A DNA stretch of 45,441 nucleotides from a virus: the IMG/VR virus record IMGVR_UViG_3300045988_038629, positions 1-45,441 of that record; one strand, given 5' to 3'. A program made the translations under genes and the position numbers. Positions 1 to 9,912 of this stretch are shown here, piece by piece (position 1 is the stretch's first letter; every line of letters starts with the position of its first letter). Under the pieces are notes generated by a model. That model did no database searches. It was not told the origin of the DNA and worked only from the letters and a program-made list of their open reading frames with translations.

Positions 1-119
1 AAGGCAACGAGATTGGTTTTCAGCTAGACATTTTCCCAAAAATTCAAAAGAATAATTAATGATATCTTCTATGTGCCAACGAACTGGCTCATTGATGTTG
101 TCGGTAATTAAAAAAAAGA
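1..119. repeat. Terminal direct repeat, identical to 45323..45441
   Basis: Base-by-base identity read from the sequence. Contains the 3' end of the integrase gene. Confidence 0.95.
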
Positions 120-121
120 AA

Positions 122-152
122 GTCCCGGGGAATTAACCCCGGGATATTTTTT
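122..152. terminator. Bidirectional intrinsic terminator between integrase (+) and endolysin (-)
   Basis: Stem TCCCGGGG (123-130) / CCCCGGGA (137-144) with loop AATTAA. Flanked by an A-run upstream and a T-run downstream. Confidence 0.8.
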
Positions 153-1155
153 ACTGTTTCTTAATATATTTTGCAGATACAAAGCCATAATACTTTCCTG
201 CAATACGAATATAATACCATTTGCTGCCGTTTTTATCTTTCTGTGTATAATTCATAACTTCCACTTCATTTCCCTGGTTGAGCTTTGGGTATTTTTTGAT
301 GTTCGGGTACTCAGTTCCAGCCCAAGTACGCACATTAAGCACAGTGGCAGTTACATTTCCATTGAAAAGCACCTGTGTCTTATCCTGTTTTCCTGTAATG
401 GTAGCGGATGCGGGGCCACCCTCCTTTGCTAGATATCCAGTCCAGATCCAGCCAATACCGATACCGGAAACTTTTACATGCGTCCACTTTCCACTTGTTT
501 TTCCATCAATATCAACAACAGTATCTTTATCAATGGAACCCATTACATATCCATTCGGTGTCTCGCGGACGTATAAATCGTTCACAGTCGCTATTCTAAT
601 TCCTGCCTTTTTCCATGTGACAGTATCTTCATAGGATTCCCAATCAATCCAAACATATCCGTCGATTGCTGGATCGTTGATGGAGTAGGATTTATTGCGA
701 ACCGCTCCGCCATTTGCCACCACTCCTGGAGCACTGGAAGTATTTCCCTCATTAGTATAAATTCTAGCTCCATCAAAATTCTGTACATCTCCAATATGGG
801 AGCCATTTCGGAAAATCAGAAGTGCACCAAGTTTCGGAACGGTATGCCATGTGCCCTGTTTTTTCGACCAGTTTTTTACACTCTGACAGTTATAAAAACC
901 ACCACCCATGATTTTGAGGGCATTTGTGATTCCAAGAACTTTTGCCAGCTTCCAGAACTGATACTCTGCACACCACGGCTGCCCCTGGCATCCTGGCTGT
1001 CCCCAGCTATTTACATCTCTTGCGAATTTGGTGTAATTGTTGTATCCTGCATTCTTTTTAAAATCATCCAGATAGGCATTACTTTTCTTTTCAAGGTACC
1101 CGCCGTTGGATGCGTAATAATAACCAAGGCTTAAAAATTCCTGTAATTTGCTCAT
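151..1155 (-). CDS. Endolysin: N-terminal CHAP peptidase/amidase domain plus two SH3b-like wall-binding domains
   Basis: Motifs QPWCAEY (Cys), GSHIGDV (His) and TNEGNTS. Two C-terminal SH3_3-like repeats. Start moved to MSKLQEF (ATG 1153-1155), which has an AAAGGA RBS. Confidence 0.85.
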   Translation of the reverse strand: MSKLQEFLSLGYYYASNGGYLEKKSNAYLDDFKKNAGYNNYTKFARDVNSWGQPGCQGQPWCAEYQFWKLAKVLGITNALKIMGGGFYNCQSVKNWSKKQGTWHTVPKLGALLIFRNGSHIGDVQNFDGARIYTNEGNTSSAPGVVANGGAVRNKSYSINDPAIDGYVWIDWESYEDTVTWKKAGIRIATVNDLYVRETPNGYVMGSIDKDTVVDIDGKTSGKWTHVKVSGIGIGWIWTGYLAKEGGPASATITGKQDKTQVLFNGNVTATVLNVRTWAGTEYPNIKKYPKLNQGNEVEVMNYTQKDKNGSKWYYIRIAGKYYGFVSAKYIKKQ

Positions 1156-1184
1156 TATATCATTCCTTTCATGTTGATAAGTAC

Positions 1185-1228
1185 ATGATACAGCGAGCAA
1201 TTGTGAATTTCAGCCCCACATTTTTATA
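1185..1228 (-). promoter_or_regulatory. Candidate late promoter upstream of endolysin (motif AAAATGTGGGGCTGAA + TATCAT)
   Basis: Core CCCCACATTTT at 1214-1224, shared with 16542-16552 and 26284-26294. Confidence 0.4.
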
Positions 1229-1354
1229 TAATATAGCTGTACCCTTTGTGGTGCTTGGAGTTGGACTTTTTGATTGGTCGTCGGGAGTCCAACTCTCTTT
1301 TTGTTGTTGTGATATACTGATTATATCATGTATTATCTTTTGTGAATAGAGTTT

Positions 1355-1672
1355 TTGCAATTTTATTTGTTTTTCGCTAACTATTTATATGGCAAGACAT
1401 TAATAAATGCTTACATGGGAACTTGTTTACAGAGAGACTATGTTTTAAATGGAATGTCTACATATATTTTTTTTATGTCGTTTGTTGGCGATGGTTCAAT
1501 TGTGAGTACTTTTTTTGCCGTAATAACAACCGGTGACAATGCCAGTAAAACTGGAAAAATATTGTGGGTTGGAAATTCTGCTGAAAATTATGTAAGCCTA
1601 ACAGATGGTGTTACATTGCATTTACATATTACATCAAGTATTTGGATGCAATGCGCTCTTGCAAAAGTATAA
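1355..1672 (+). CDS. Hypothetical small protein with a hydrophobic N-terminus; possible plus-strand moron; start uncertain (1355/1415/1454)
   Basis: It is the only ORF in the 520-bp gap between fibre and endolysin genes. Plus-strand hairpin+T-runs flank it at 1258-1305 and 1702-1733. The RBS is weak. Confidence 0.25.
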   Translation: MQFYLFFANYLYGKTLINAYMGTCLQRDYVLNGMSTYIFFMSFVGDGSIVSTFFAVITTGDNASKTGKILWVGNSAENYVSLTDGVTLHLHITSSIWMQCALAKV

Positions 1673-1701
1673 TTTTTAAGATTTATTTATTCTGCCACTT
1701 T

Positions 1702-1733
1702 CGGATAAGATGATCATCTTATCCGATTCTTTT
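1702..1733 (+). terminator. Perfect 24-bp palindrome CGGATAAGATGA/TCATCTTATCCG followed by ATTCTTTT
   Basis: Read directly from the sequence. Overlaps the stop codon of the minus-strand fibre gene. Confidence 0.4.
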
Positions 1734-2174
1734 ACAAGAAATCCAAACACCACTTGATTTGTATGCTAAGGTAATCTGTGTTGAATTAGCACAAAGTAAA
1801 CAAGCATCAGACCCTCCACTACTTGGTAAAAATATTCCAAAAGACCATGATGGAATTTTTTCACCTGTACTACCAACATCAATTCCGGAACCACCTATCG
1901 ATATTAATTTAACTTTATTTCCATCAGGCAATTGCGCAATGTTTTCTGTCTTTTGTGATAATGAGTTGCCATTTAAATAGTTAAGTGCCCCGATAACTGT
2001 CTTGTTTTCTGTTTCCAGTTTACCTATAACAGCCGTTGACATTTTATCAACTACATAATCCCAAAACTTGCTCATTAGTCCACGTTTATTCGCTCTCGCA
2101 GTTGCGTCATACAGCATTACTTCGTCATTATCCGCTAACGTATCTTTTGATGTGTATTCTGTCCATTTTGGCAT
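1719..2174 (-). CDS. Small tail-fibre-like protein (151 aa)
   Basis: N-terminal LADNDEVMLYD...KRGLMSKF adaptor-like motif and LETENKTVIGALNYLN (fibre 'IVGAINEL'-type motif). GGAGGG RBS. Confidence 0.55.
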   Translation of the reverse strand: MPKWTEYTSKDTLADNDEVMLYDATARANKRGLMSKFWDYVVDKMSTAVIGKLETENKTVIGALNYLNGNSLSQKTENIAQLPDGNKVKLISIGGSGIDVGSTGEKIPSWSFGIFLPSSGGSDACLLCANSTQITLAYKSSGVWISCKRIG

Positions 2175-2474
2175 GTTGTTGCCCTCCTTTAATTATAGGT
2201 TTGTTTTAATATATAGCTGGTTGCGTTGTTGCAAGAGACGTAAATATTACTGGGAGAATAAAAGTATATAGTCCAATTCAACAAGATGTCCAAGTATTGC
2301 TTATTATGCTCAATTAAGCTTTCCAGAATTTGCAATTTCATCTTGAACATATACAGTTAGATGGCAATACAGTAGTGATTGGGCAACATTTGTTGATACT
2401 TGTAGATTATATACAAAGAAACGTAAATGCAGCTGATTGTCAACAGCATTAAAAACATAGAGTGTAACGTGGTT

Positions 2475-2912
2475 TTAGTATGATTTCCAAGGTCTATAGT
2501 TATCTCCATTATGCGCTGTAAAGTGGCGAACGTTATTATCAATATCCCACACTTCTATAGTAGAATAACCTGAATATGATCTGCAAACAGTTATTAATTG
2601 CCTACTACCTGTGCATGGATTTGATAAATTAGGATAGTCTGATTTCCATGCAGCAAATTTTATTCCAGTACCATCAGTTAATTTAATAAGTATCTGATCC
2701 CATGTTGCAGCTGTTGTTAATCCAATTTGAAATAAGGAACTGTAGAATTTAAAATTCGTGTTTAGTGCATTAATCCCTAGCGCCTCTTTCAACTGCGCTA
2801 TAGTAATCTTCTGGGTTGTAGAGCCGTTCTCCAATACCACAATATCCGTATCAGATACTTTGGTAGCTGCTGGGAGAGCTGATATTAGTGTACTTGGTAT
2901 AGATTCAGACAT
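2475..2912 (-). CDS. Small tail-fibre-like protein (145 aa), N-terminal paralog of 1719..2174
   Basis: The motif VSDTDIVVLENGSTTQKITIAQLKEAL parallels the neighbouring fibre's N-terminus. Lies 7 nt downstream of Tal. Confidence 0.5.
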   Translation of the reverse strand: MSESIPSTLISALPAATKVSDTDIVVLENGSTTQKITIAQLKEALGINALNTNFKFYSSLFQIGLTTAATWDQILIKLTDGTGIKFAAWKSDYPNLSNPCTGSRQLITVCRSYSGYSTIEVWDIDNNVRHFTAHNGDNYRPWKSY

Positions 2913-2919
2913 TTTTTTA

Positions 2920-5900
2920 TCAATCCTTTCGTGAAATATTGTTGATAAGTTCTTTTAACTGCTCTACCTCTGCTGATAAAGCATCAATTTTAGAAAGTAA
3001 TATCTGGTTATCTGACTGCAATGCCAGAACCTTCTCATGGTCGTTTTTCAGCATGGCAAACATGCATGGGATCATAATGCGATAATTCCAGTTTTCAGCT
3101 TTACCTTTTTCATTATGGTCAACAGCTAATGGAAATCTTCGGTCAATGTCCTCGGCTATAAACATCGGCATTTCTTTACCGTATCGTTCATCTTGCTCAG
3201 ATAAATATCCGTCTTTGTATTTCGCCCAGATTACTTTGATTCTGTATAGGTCTTCCAGCTCGTCTTCTTTGATGGATTTCCCAAGCACTTTGTAGTGCAT
3301 GGAGGATGATGAGGAATATCCAACATAAAGATATGTTGGACTAAAAACCATCGGATTTCCAGCAGTAAGTGCTTTCATTCCTTCTATCATTAAATTTTGA
3401 GCTACCTTAAATATCAAATCACCAGTTACAGATTGGAGAACAACATTTCTCTTGTTTTCATATTGCGCTGATAAGTCAAGAAGTCCATCTGTTATGCTGC
3501 CATATCCAGCACTAAATATAGATTCTTTTATTTGCGCCCACTCATTCCCTTTTATATTTTTGAATCCATCTGTATTGTTTATTTTGCAAATAACATTTCC
3601 GCTAGCATCATACACCTCAAAAGTGCCATATCCATTATTTGGACCGCCGAGCTTCAATGTGCCGCCCTTGGCGTAAGTGAACGAAATATATAGCTGATTT
3701 CCCTCTTTATAAATTCCTTTAATTGCGCCATCATTGGTTAAGAGGTTAAATATTTCTTCATGTGTAAGTGCATCTACATCAATTACAACCGCCATACTTT
3801 GGGAATCTAATGGTTGTGAAAATCCACCCGCCGCGTATAAGGTACATTTTATGGCACTTACATCTCTTGGAATTCCAATTGACCTTCCAGAAGCCGTTGT
3901 TATAATTCCTCCCGCTTTAGTTGATAATACCGTATATAAATTATGTGAAACGCTTGTTTCGTCTTTCGCAGAAGAATATACCGTTTTCCAATTTTCCCCA
4001 TCTACGGATTCTTCGATTTTAAAACGACCTTTATATGCTGTTCGTGTTTCCGCGTTTCCATCGCGATACCAAGCACTCAAAGTAATATAGCTCGGGGCTA
4101 CACTGCCATTCGCGCGTTGCTTAATAACATATGATGGGCTTTCAAGAAAATATGTCCTACCAGGTACACCTTGTTCTCCTTTTGGCCCCTGGAGGCCGTC
4201 AACGCCATCTTTGCCAGCGTAAATTTTAGCCAGCGAAAATCTCTTAACTACTGATAGAACACTGATATATGTTGCTTTAATATCTACCCATCCATCGTCA
4301 GCGGATAATGCTGTTACCGTGTATGTCTTGGTTGCATTATTCCAGGATCCTGTTACACTATCTGATTTGATAATTGTAAATTTGCAATCAGATGTAATAT
4401 CCTGTGTTCCGTACATTACGACCGCCTGTGTACTCACGTTACTCGGAAACGTTCCATAATTTCCATCAGAATCAACAGAAACGCCCTGGTATTCGTTACT
4501 CAGCTGCAAGGTCATATTCTTGGCAAGAGCCGCCGCTTCCTGTGCCTGTTTAGCTGCTGCCAATGCGTCTTCAGAGTCTTTCAGTGCCTTTGTAACGTCC
4601 GTATCTTTCAACTGTTTCCAATAATACCCATTGCCCTCATTTACAAATCGGTAAGCATGGCTATTACCATCATAATAAATATCTCCGACATGCTTGCTCA
4701 TTTCGGTATCATCCAGCCACTCATTAGCTGGATAATTACTCAATGTAGGCACTGAGGTTCCTGTCCAGGTGTTTATATTCCCATCAATCTGCCCCTGCAT
4801 GCTGCTTAACAATCCGTCCAAAGGTGATGCGCCGATTCTGACAGAAGCACCATCAATAACGATCTGGTTGTTATCAATATCTGCTGAAAAAATAATCTTC
4901 CCGTTTGCGTCACGCACGATCAGCGCGCCGGCATTGATGTAGCTTGCATTGATTCCCTCGGCGTATAGCAGTCTTGTAATCATTTCTCCTGTAACAGTAA
5001 ATCCATAAGGATAGGTTTTTCCACCATCTGTAGAAATTCCAATGGCTTCCGCCGTGAGTTTCCATACAATATCTGATTCTTCCAGAGTCGGCTTATTGTG
5101 CATATAATAGATTACACTACCGTCGTCCTGTGGATCTTCTGTCATATAAAGCCCGCCAGACTCCTTAAGCGTATTTGCTAGCCTTTCAACGGCTTTTTCG
5201 CGCTCTGTGCGTTCATCCTTAACAAGTTGTCTAGCTTCTACCAGTGCTTTTGTAGCTTCCGACATATATGTGCTGCTATTTCGGATGGGATCATCTGCCT
5301 GCGTTTTTACAGTGGTAATGCCATTTAACGGAGATGATACATCAGTAATCGGTGTAAGATATTTATTTCCGTTCCGATCAAAGCTATATGCCATGTCTCC
5401 AAACTCTAACAGAGGATTATAAATCAGATCTCCTTGCAGATTTCGGAATTTAGCCCCGACCAGATCGCCACCGATCCATGCCGCTACAGTTCCGAGGTCA
5501 CTGTCAGACAGAAGATTATTTTCCAACTCCAGAACATATCCAGCAGTTCCAAACAGGGATTCCGATTCTTTGTTTTTTACTCTGATACCAGTAATTACAA
5601 TATCATCACTGGAAAGTGTAGGACTACTCACGTAATCCTCTAATTTAAACGGAACTAAGGAGCCGTTTTCGACAGCTCCAAAATTCCATTTTATAAACTG
5701 CAAATAACCTCTGTTGTCAATTCTGGCGTTTGCTGTCTCTAGCATTGCCGCCCATCCGATCAATTGACGGAATGTCATATTATCTGGGAGCGCTGTGACA
5801 ATTACATTTCCATGCGCCATAGAGGAAAATCCAATAGGGATATTCAAACTCTCACAAGCGTCTCTTACCAGCGCTATAACTGTCTGTGGAAGTGTCAGAG

Positions 5901-6405
5901 CACTATAATATTTAGCATTGGTTTTATACATGCCATCCAGCGCCGTAAAGCTCAATATTTCGCCGTATTGCTCTGGCGTGGTAATTGTATAGATACCCTT
6001 GTCAATCGTCTCGTATCGGTCTTCCGAGGCGGCTCTGGAAAGGACTATGCTGTTTCCATCAGTGTCTAAAATCGGTTCATAAAAAACATCCATCCAAATT
6101 GATTCACTGGCTGGTTCTGCAACGGAAGTCTGGAGTTTCAAATAGGCATGAACCTTTGCCTGGTAGAAATTATAATCTTTCCACTGATCCTCTGTATTAT
6201 CCAATTCAAGCTTCATCGTTTTGCATACTGTAGCGCCGACCGGGAAGCTGCCACTCTCCGCACAATCGGAAAAGTCATTGTTGCCGATCATAATCTCGTT
6301 TTCAAGTGTCTTTGTTGTTCCGTCAGCAAAGGTGATCTCCACGATTTCAATTACTTGCTCACCATCCTGCAACTTTTCTTTAAAAGTATTTGATACATTA
6401 ATCAA
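2920..6405 (-). CDS. Tail-associated/receptor-binding protein (Tal; Prophage_tail-type N-terminus, short collagen-like triplets, C-terminal S74 intramolecular-chaperone domain)
   Basis: N-terminus MINVSNTFKEKLQDGEQVIEIVEITFADGT. Collagen-like run GKDGVDGLQGPKGEQGVPG. The C-terminal ...NWNYRIMIPCMFAMLKN...coiled coil is typical of Peptidase_S74. Lies immediately after the TMP and Dit genes. Confidence 0.85.
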   Translation of the reverse strand: MINVSNTFKEKLQDGEQVIEIVEITFADGTTKTLENEIMIGNNDFSDCAESGSFPVGATVCKTMKLELDNTEDQWKDYNFYQAKVHAYLKLQTSVAEPASESIWMDVFYEPILDTDGNSIVLSRAASEDRYETIDKGIYTITTPEQYGEILSFTALDGMYKTNAKYYSALTLPQTVIALVRDACESLNIPIGFSSMAHGNVIVTALPDNMTFRQLIGWAAMLETANARIDNRGYLQFIKWNFGAVENGSLVPFKLEDYVSSPTLSSDDIVITGIRVKNKESESLFGTAGYVLELENNLLSDSDLGTVAAWIGGDLVGAKFRNLQGDLIYNPLLEFGDMAYSFDRNGNKYLTPITDVSSPLNGITTVKTQADDPIRNSSTYMSEATKALVEARQLVKDERTEREKAVERLANTLKESGGLYMTEDPQDDGSVIYYMHNKPTLEESDIVWKLTAEAIGISTDGGKTYPYGFTVTGEMITRLLYAEGINASYINAGALIVRDANGKIIFSADIDNNQIVIDGASVRIGASPLDGLLSSMQGQIDGNINTWTGTSVPTLSNYPANEWLDDTEMSKHVGDIYYDGNSHAYRFVNEGNGYYWKQLKDTDVTKALKDSEDALAAAKQAQEAAALAKNMTLQLSNEYQGVSVDSDGNYGTFPSNVSTQAVVMYGTQDITSDCKFTIIKSDSVTGSWNNATKTYTVTALSADDGWVDIKATYISVLSVVKRFSLAKIYAGKDGVDGLQGPKGEQGVPGRTYFLESPSYVIKQRANGSVAPSYITLSAWYRDGNAETRTAYKGRFKIEESVDGENWKTVYSSAKDETSVSHNLYTVLSTKAGGIITTASGRSIGIPRDVSAIKCTLYAAGGFSQPLDSQSMAVVIDVDALTHEEIFNLLTNDGAIKGIYKEGNQLYISFTYAKGGTLKLGGPNNGYGTFEVYDASGNVICKINNTDGFKNIKGNEWAQIKESIFSAGYGSITDGLLDLSAQYENKRNVVLQSVTGDLIFKVAQNLMIEGMKALTAGNPMVFSPTYLYVGYSSSSSMHYKVLGKSIKEDELEDLYRIKVIWAKYKDGYLSEQDERYGKEMPMFIAEDIDRRFPLAVDHNEKGKAENWNYRIMIPCMFAMLKNDHEKVLALQSDNQILLSKIDALSAEVEQLKELINNISRKD

Positions 6406-6793
6406 GTGGATTCACCCCCTGCATATTAAACGATATCTCAGAGTAATACTCTCCAACATGCCTTATATTGTAGTGCATTTTTCCAACATAAAATTTTTCT
6501 GATCGCCATTCGTTTTTATGCGCCAGCCAATGATATAAAATAAATGGTTTTCCTTTTATGATTGCATTTACCAGATTAGTTGATTTCTCATCAACCGGCA
6601 CATTGGTGGCTTTATAGCTATATTGCATAACTGTAAAAAGCGGAGTTATTAGCGCAACTCCTTTTTGAGTTCGATTACTTCCCTCCGAATAGGTGGTCTC
6701 AAAGTTACACTGCATATCCTCATCTGGTTGAGGGATGAGAAGCCCATTTATTTTATATCTATCAGTTATTGATTTACTTATTGAAAATGCCAC
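6398..6793 (-). CDS. Distal tail protein (Dit)-like, unusually short (131 aa)
   Basis: Called on position only (between the tape measure and Tal genes). Confidence 0.4.
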   Translation of the reverse strand: MAFSISKSITDRYKINGLLIPQPDEDMQCNFETTYSEGSNRTQKGVALITPLFTVMQYSYKATNVPVDEKSTNLVNAIIKGKPFILYHWLAHKNEWRSEKFYVGKMHYNIRHVGEYYSEISFNMQGVNPLD

Positions 6794-6804
6794 ATTCTCA
6801 CCCC

Positions 6805-9800
6805 CTATGCCAATTCAAACGGATTTGTACCGCTTGCATCACGTCTTAACTTTGCTTCGTCAATCATCTCATCAAATATGGTTCGTCTGTTGAGCTGTGC
6901 GGTAAATCTATAGCTTCCGCCAGACTGCTGTCCTCCAGTTTCTTCCCTTACAATCTGCCTTAACAATTCTTCTGGTGCTTCCAGGTTGCGACCATTCTTC
7001 TGATCTCCAAGCACTGCAAGGAACTCTGATCTTGGCGGGATAACGGCACCTTTTGCAAGATATGGAATTGTAGGAACTCTTGGGAAATTAGCTGTAAATC
7101 CAATTGTCCTTGAGCCAAACGGAGTTGGAACCTTCCACGGTCCAAATGTAAATGCTGATTCAATGCCGCCGATTGCACTGTTTACAGTTCCAATAGCGCT
7201 GTTTGCAATTCCGATCACTTTGTTTAATATATCTTTGATAGTATCGCGTATACCTTCAAAAACTCTTACAACTGTATCTCTGGCACTTGTAAATTTATCA
7301 ACGATTGCATCATGAATAGCATTTACTTTTCTGTCAACAAATGTTGTTATACTTTCCCATATAGATGACGTTTTTTCTGATACAGAATCCCAAATTCTTG
7401 TAATTTTAGACTTTATTCCATCAAATACTGTCGAGACTGTAGTTTTTATTGCTTCCCACGTATTAGACAGCCATGTTTTTATAGCATTCCATATTGTAAC
7501 AGTAACTGTTTTTATTGCGTTCCAAGAAAGAGAAATGATACTTTTTATTATTGTTAATGCGGTTTCCACTATTCCATTAATAGCTTCCCAGGCTCCAGAT
7601 ATAATATCTTTTATAAGGTTCCATACACCTCTTGCAATTTCTTTGATTCCGTTCCATGCCAGTTCCCAATCTCCTGTAAAAACTCCTTTCAGAAAATCAA
7701 TAACTCCGCTCAGAACATCTAATACATCTCCAATAATTTTAATAACGGATTTTATTGCTTCTATAACAGTGCTACCAATTACATTTGCCACGTCTGCTAT
7801 TACTGGAATCACATTCGATATAATCCAGCTAATTATTGGGACTAAAATATTTTCCCAAAGTTCTTTTAAGATATCTATTAATTTGCCAAGAAACGTTTGG
7901 ACCTTTACAAACATTTCTCCCAATTCCCCATCCATAAGCTCTTTTATTTTAGAAGCCAAACCTTGCAGAACCGGTAGAATATATGTGTTATATCCATCTA
8001 TTAAAGTTCCAAAAATGGTTGAAAGTCCATTAGCTATTGAATCGAAAAAAGGTTTTAAATGCTCATCGTATAATGCGGTCACCAAATCAGAAAGATTTTG
8101 AATAACTGTCGATAATCCATCGGTTATTGTTTCGATAACCCCAAGTGTTCCTTCGACTGCGCTTTTTAATATATCCTTATTATCAATGAACGGCTGTGCG
8201 ATCATATTCAGCATATCTCTTCCAAGTCTTGCACATAATCCCATAGCAGTCATTGAGATATTCGAGAATATCCCTATGATATTGGCTGTTATCTGCTGCG
8301 CAATTTCTCCACCAAATGCAGAAAATACCTCTGCTAGAGCGGATGAAAAATTTCCTTCAATTTGAGCAACCTCAGATCCAATATCAAACATATCAATTAA
8401 ATATGTTTTTATTCTACTGGTGTTTTGCTTTATAAATTTTTCTATTCCTCCAATAAGATTTTGAGCAATTGTTATTCCAATCCTCGAAAAAGATCCAGAT
8501 ACTCTTCCAATGGAATAGGCAAATGTATCTAAAAAATCACTTGCCGCTCCAATTACTTCTGGATCAGTAAATATATTCTGCAAGGATTTCCCGATAGAGT
8601 TAATATTTTCCTTAATATCATCAAAAATCGGTTTGTAATCGCCTAGTCCATCCCAGAATCCTTTTGATAGCAATTTGGCTAATTTTTTAAACTTCTTTAT
8701 TATGGAATCAAGCGGCTTGGACATTTTTTTAATAGTCGTTTCGCCTTCTGCAAGTTTACCGTAATCCACATTATTTACTGCACCGGATAATCCTCCAGAA
8801 GCTCCACCACCTCCGCCAGATGAAGATGGTGTGGACGATGAGTTGCTACCTGTAGATGTGGCTTTGTGAACTTCATCAAGTGACGAAAGATAGTTTTTTG
8901 TTTCTTTATTTGCTTTTTTCGTAGCTGTTGCATTATCTTTATTGGCATCTGCCAATTTCTCTGCATTATCCGCTGCCTGTCCATACTGATCTGCTGTATC
9001 CGCAATCGCTCCTGTTCCAGCAAGCCCTGCTCCGCTTCCACTTGTCTGACCTGATGATTTCTTGCCAGTAATCAGTTCTGTGAAGCTTTTAAATGCATTT
9101 GCCAGAGTTGCCAGTTTACCGAGTAGAATATTGATTACTTTCAGAACAGGTGTGAAAATATTAATCAATCCCTGCCCAACTGTTGCTTTGAGAGACTGCA
9201 TCTGTAACTGCATTACTCGCACCTGGTTCGCCCAGCTGTCTGAAGTGCGGATGAAATCTCCAGATGCAGCTGATAACTGCTTCTGCACAAAAGCCAATCG
9301 GAGAGCTACTTTCTCCTGTTCGGTCATTTCAGACGTGGTTTTGCCATAGCCATTGGCAAGTGCGTACTGGTCGAGTGCGCTTTGTGTAAGGACCACGCCC
9401 AAATCTTTCAATGTTTCCGTTTCGCCTGTAAACACTGATTTCAGCTTAATATAAGCCAAGTCCTGACTGATGTTATAAAATGATGCCACGTCACCGGTCA
9501 GCTGCGTCAGAGCTGTTGACATGTCATAAGCCTGCTGTTCTGAGAATCCGAACGACTTGGACATTGCGCCGAACGTGCCGACATACCTTTTTGCCATAGT
9601 TTCAGATAGGCCAGCAGAAGTCATGGCATTCTTTGCAAATTCATTGACTTTATCCGACATGGTGGTAAATGTAACATCGACCACGTTCTGTACTTCTGTC
9701 AGATCAGAGCCAAGCTCCACGCACTCTTTTCCGAACTGCACTAACTTGCCAACTGCAAACGCCCCACCAATCAGCAGACCGATTTTTTTTACAGCACTCC

Positions 9801-9897
9801 CAAGGCCGTTAAATGACTGTTTGATTGCTGACACGCCGTTCTGTACACCAGACGTGTCCATTCTGGTATCAATAATGACTGAGCCATCAGCAGCCAT
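6805..9897 (-). CDS. Tail tape measure protein
   Basis: 1030 aa, helical, with Gly/Ser-rich stretches. N-terminal TP901-type core. Position is as expected. Confidence 0.9.
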   Translation of the reverse strand: MAADGSVIIDTRMDTSGVQNGVSAIKQSFNGLGSAVKKIGLLIGGAFAVGKLVQFGKECVELGSDLTEVQNVVDVTFTTMSDKVNEFAKNAMTSAGLSETMAKRYVGTFGAMSKSFGFSEQQAYDMSTALTQLTGDVASFYNISQDLAYIKLKSVFTGETETLKDLGVVLTQSALDQYALANGYGKTTSEMTEQEKVALRLAFVQKQLSAASGDFIRTSDSWANQVRVMQLQMQSLKATVGQGLINIFTPVLKVINILLGKLATLANAFKSFTELITGKKSSGQTSGSGAGLAGTGAIADTADQYGQAADNAEKLADANKDNATATKKANKETKNYLSSLDEVHKATSTGSNSSSTPSSSGGGGGASGGLSGAVNNVDYGKLAEGETTIKKMSKPLDSIIKKFKKLAKLLSKGFWDGLGDYKPIFDDIKENINSIGKSLQNIFTDPEVIGAASDFLDTFAYSIGRVSGSFSRIGITIAQNLIGGIEKFIKQNTSRIKTYLIDMFDIGSEVAQIEGNFSSALAEVFSAFGGEIAQQITANIIGIFSNISMTAMGLCARLGRDMLNMIAQPFIDNKDILKSAVEGTLGVIETITDGLSTVIQNLSDLVTALYDEHLKPFFDSIANGLSTIFGTLIDGYNTYILPVLQGLASKIKELMDGELGEMFVKVQTFLGKLIDILKELWENILVPIISWIISNVIPVIADVANVIGSTVIEAIKSVIKIIGDVLDVLSGVIDFLKGVFTGDWELAWNGIKEIARGVWNLIKDIISGAWEAINGIVETALTIIKSIISLSWNAIKTVTVTIWNAIKTWLSNTWEAIKTTVSTVFDGIKSKITRIWDSVSEKTSSIWESITTFVDRKVNAIHDAIVDKFTSARDTVVRVFEGIRDTIKDILNKVIGIANSAIGTVNSAIGGIESAFTFGPWKVPTPFGSRTIGFTANFPRVPTIPYLAKGAVIPPRSEFLAVLGDQKNGRNLEAPEELLRQIVREETGGQQSGGSYRFTAQLNRRTIFDEMIDEAKLRRDASGTNPFELA

Positions 9898-9912
9898 ACG
9901 TCCACCTCCTAA

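Noticed and set aside
74-104. Imperfect inverted repeat GCCAAC...GTTGTC downstream of int as attP core
   Set aside because: The arms are only about 5-6 bp, so this cannot be distinguished from chance without attB/attL/attR data.
1169-1360. 63-aa minus-strand ORF upstream of the endolysin as a holin
   Set aside because: The translation is hydrophilic with no TM segment. It also overlaps the endolysin start and the late motif.
1719-2912. Diversity-generating retroelement or invertible shufflon acting on the fibre genes
   Set aside because: The window contains no reverse transcriptase and no template/variable repeat pair. I found no flanking inverted repeats and no local invertase.
7535-8101. 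188-aa plus-strand ORF inside the tape measure gene, and similar antisense ORFs in Tal, capsid, portal and terL
   Set aside because: These are shadow ORFs on the strand opposite long, well-supported genes. They have no RBS and low-complexity translations.
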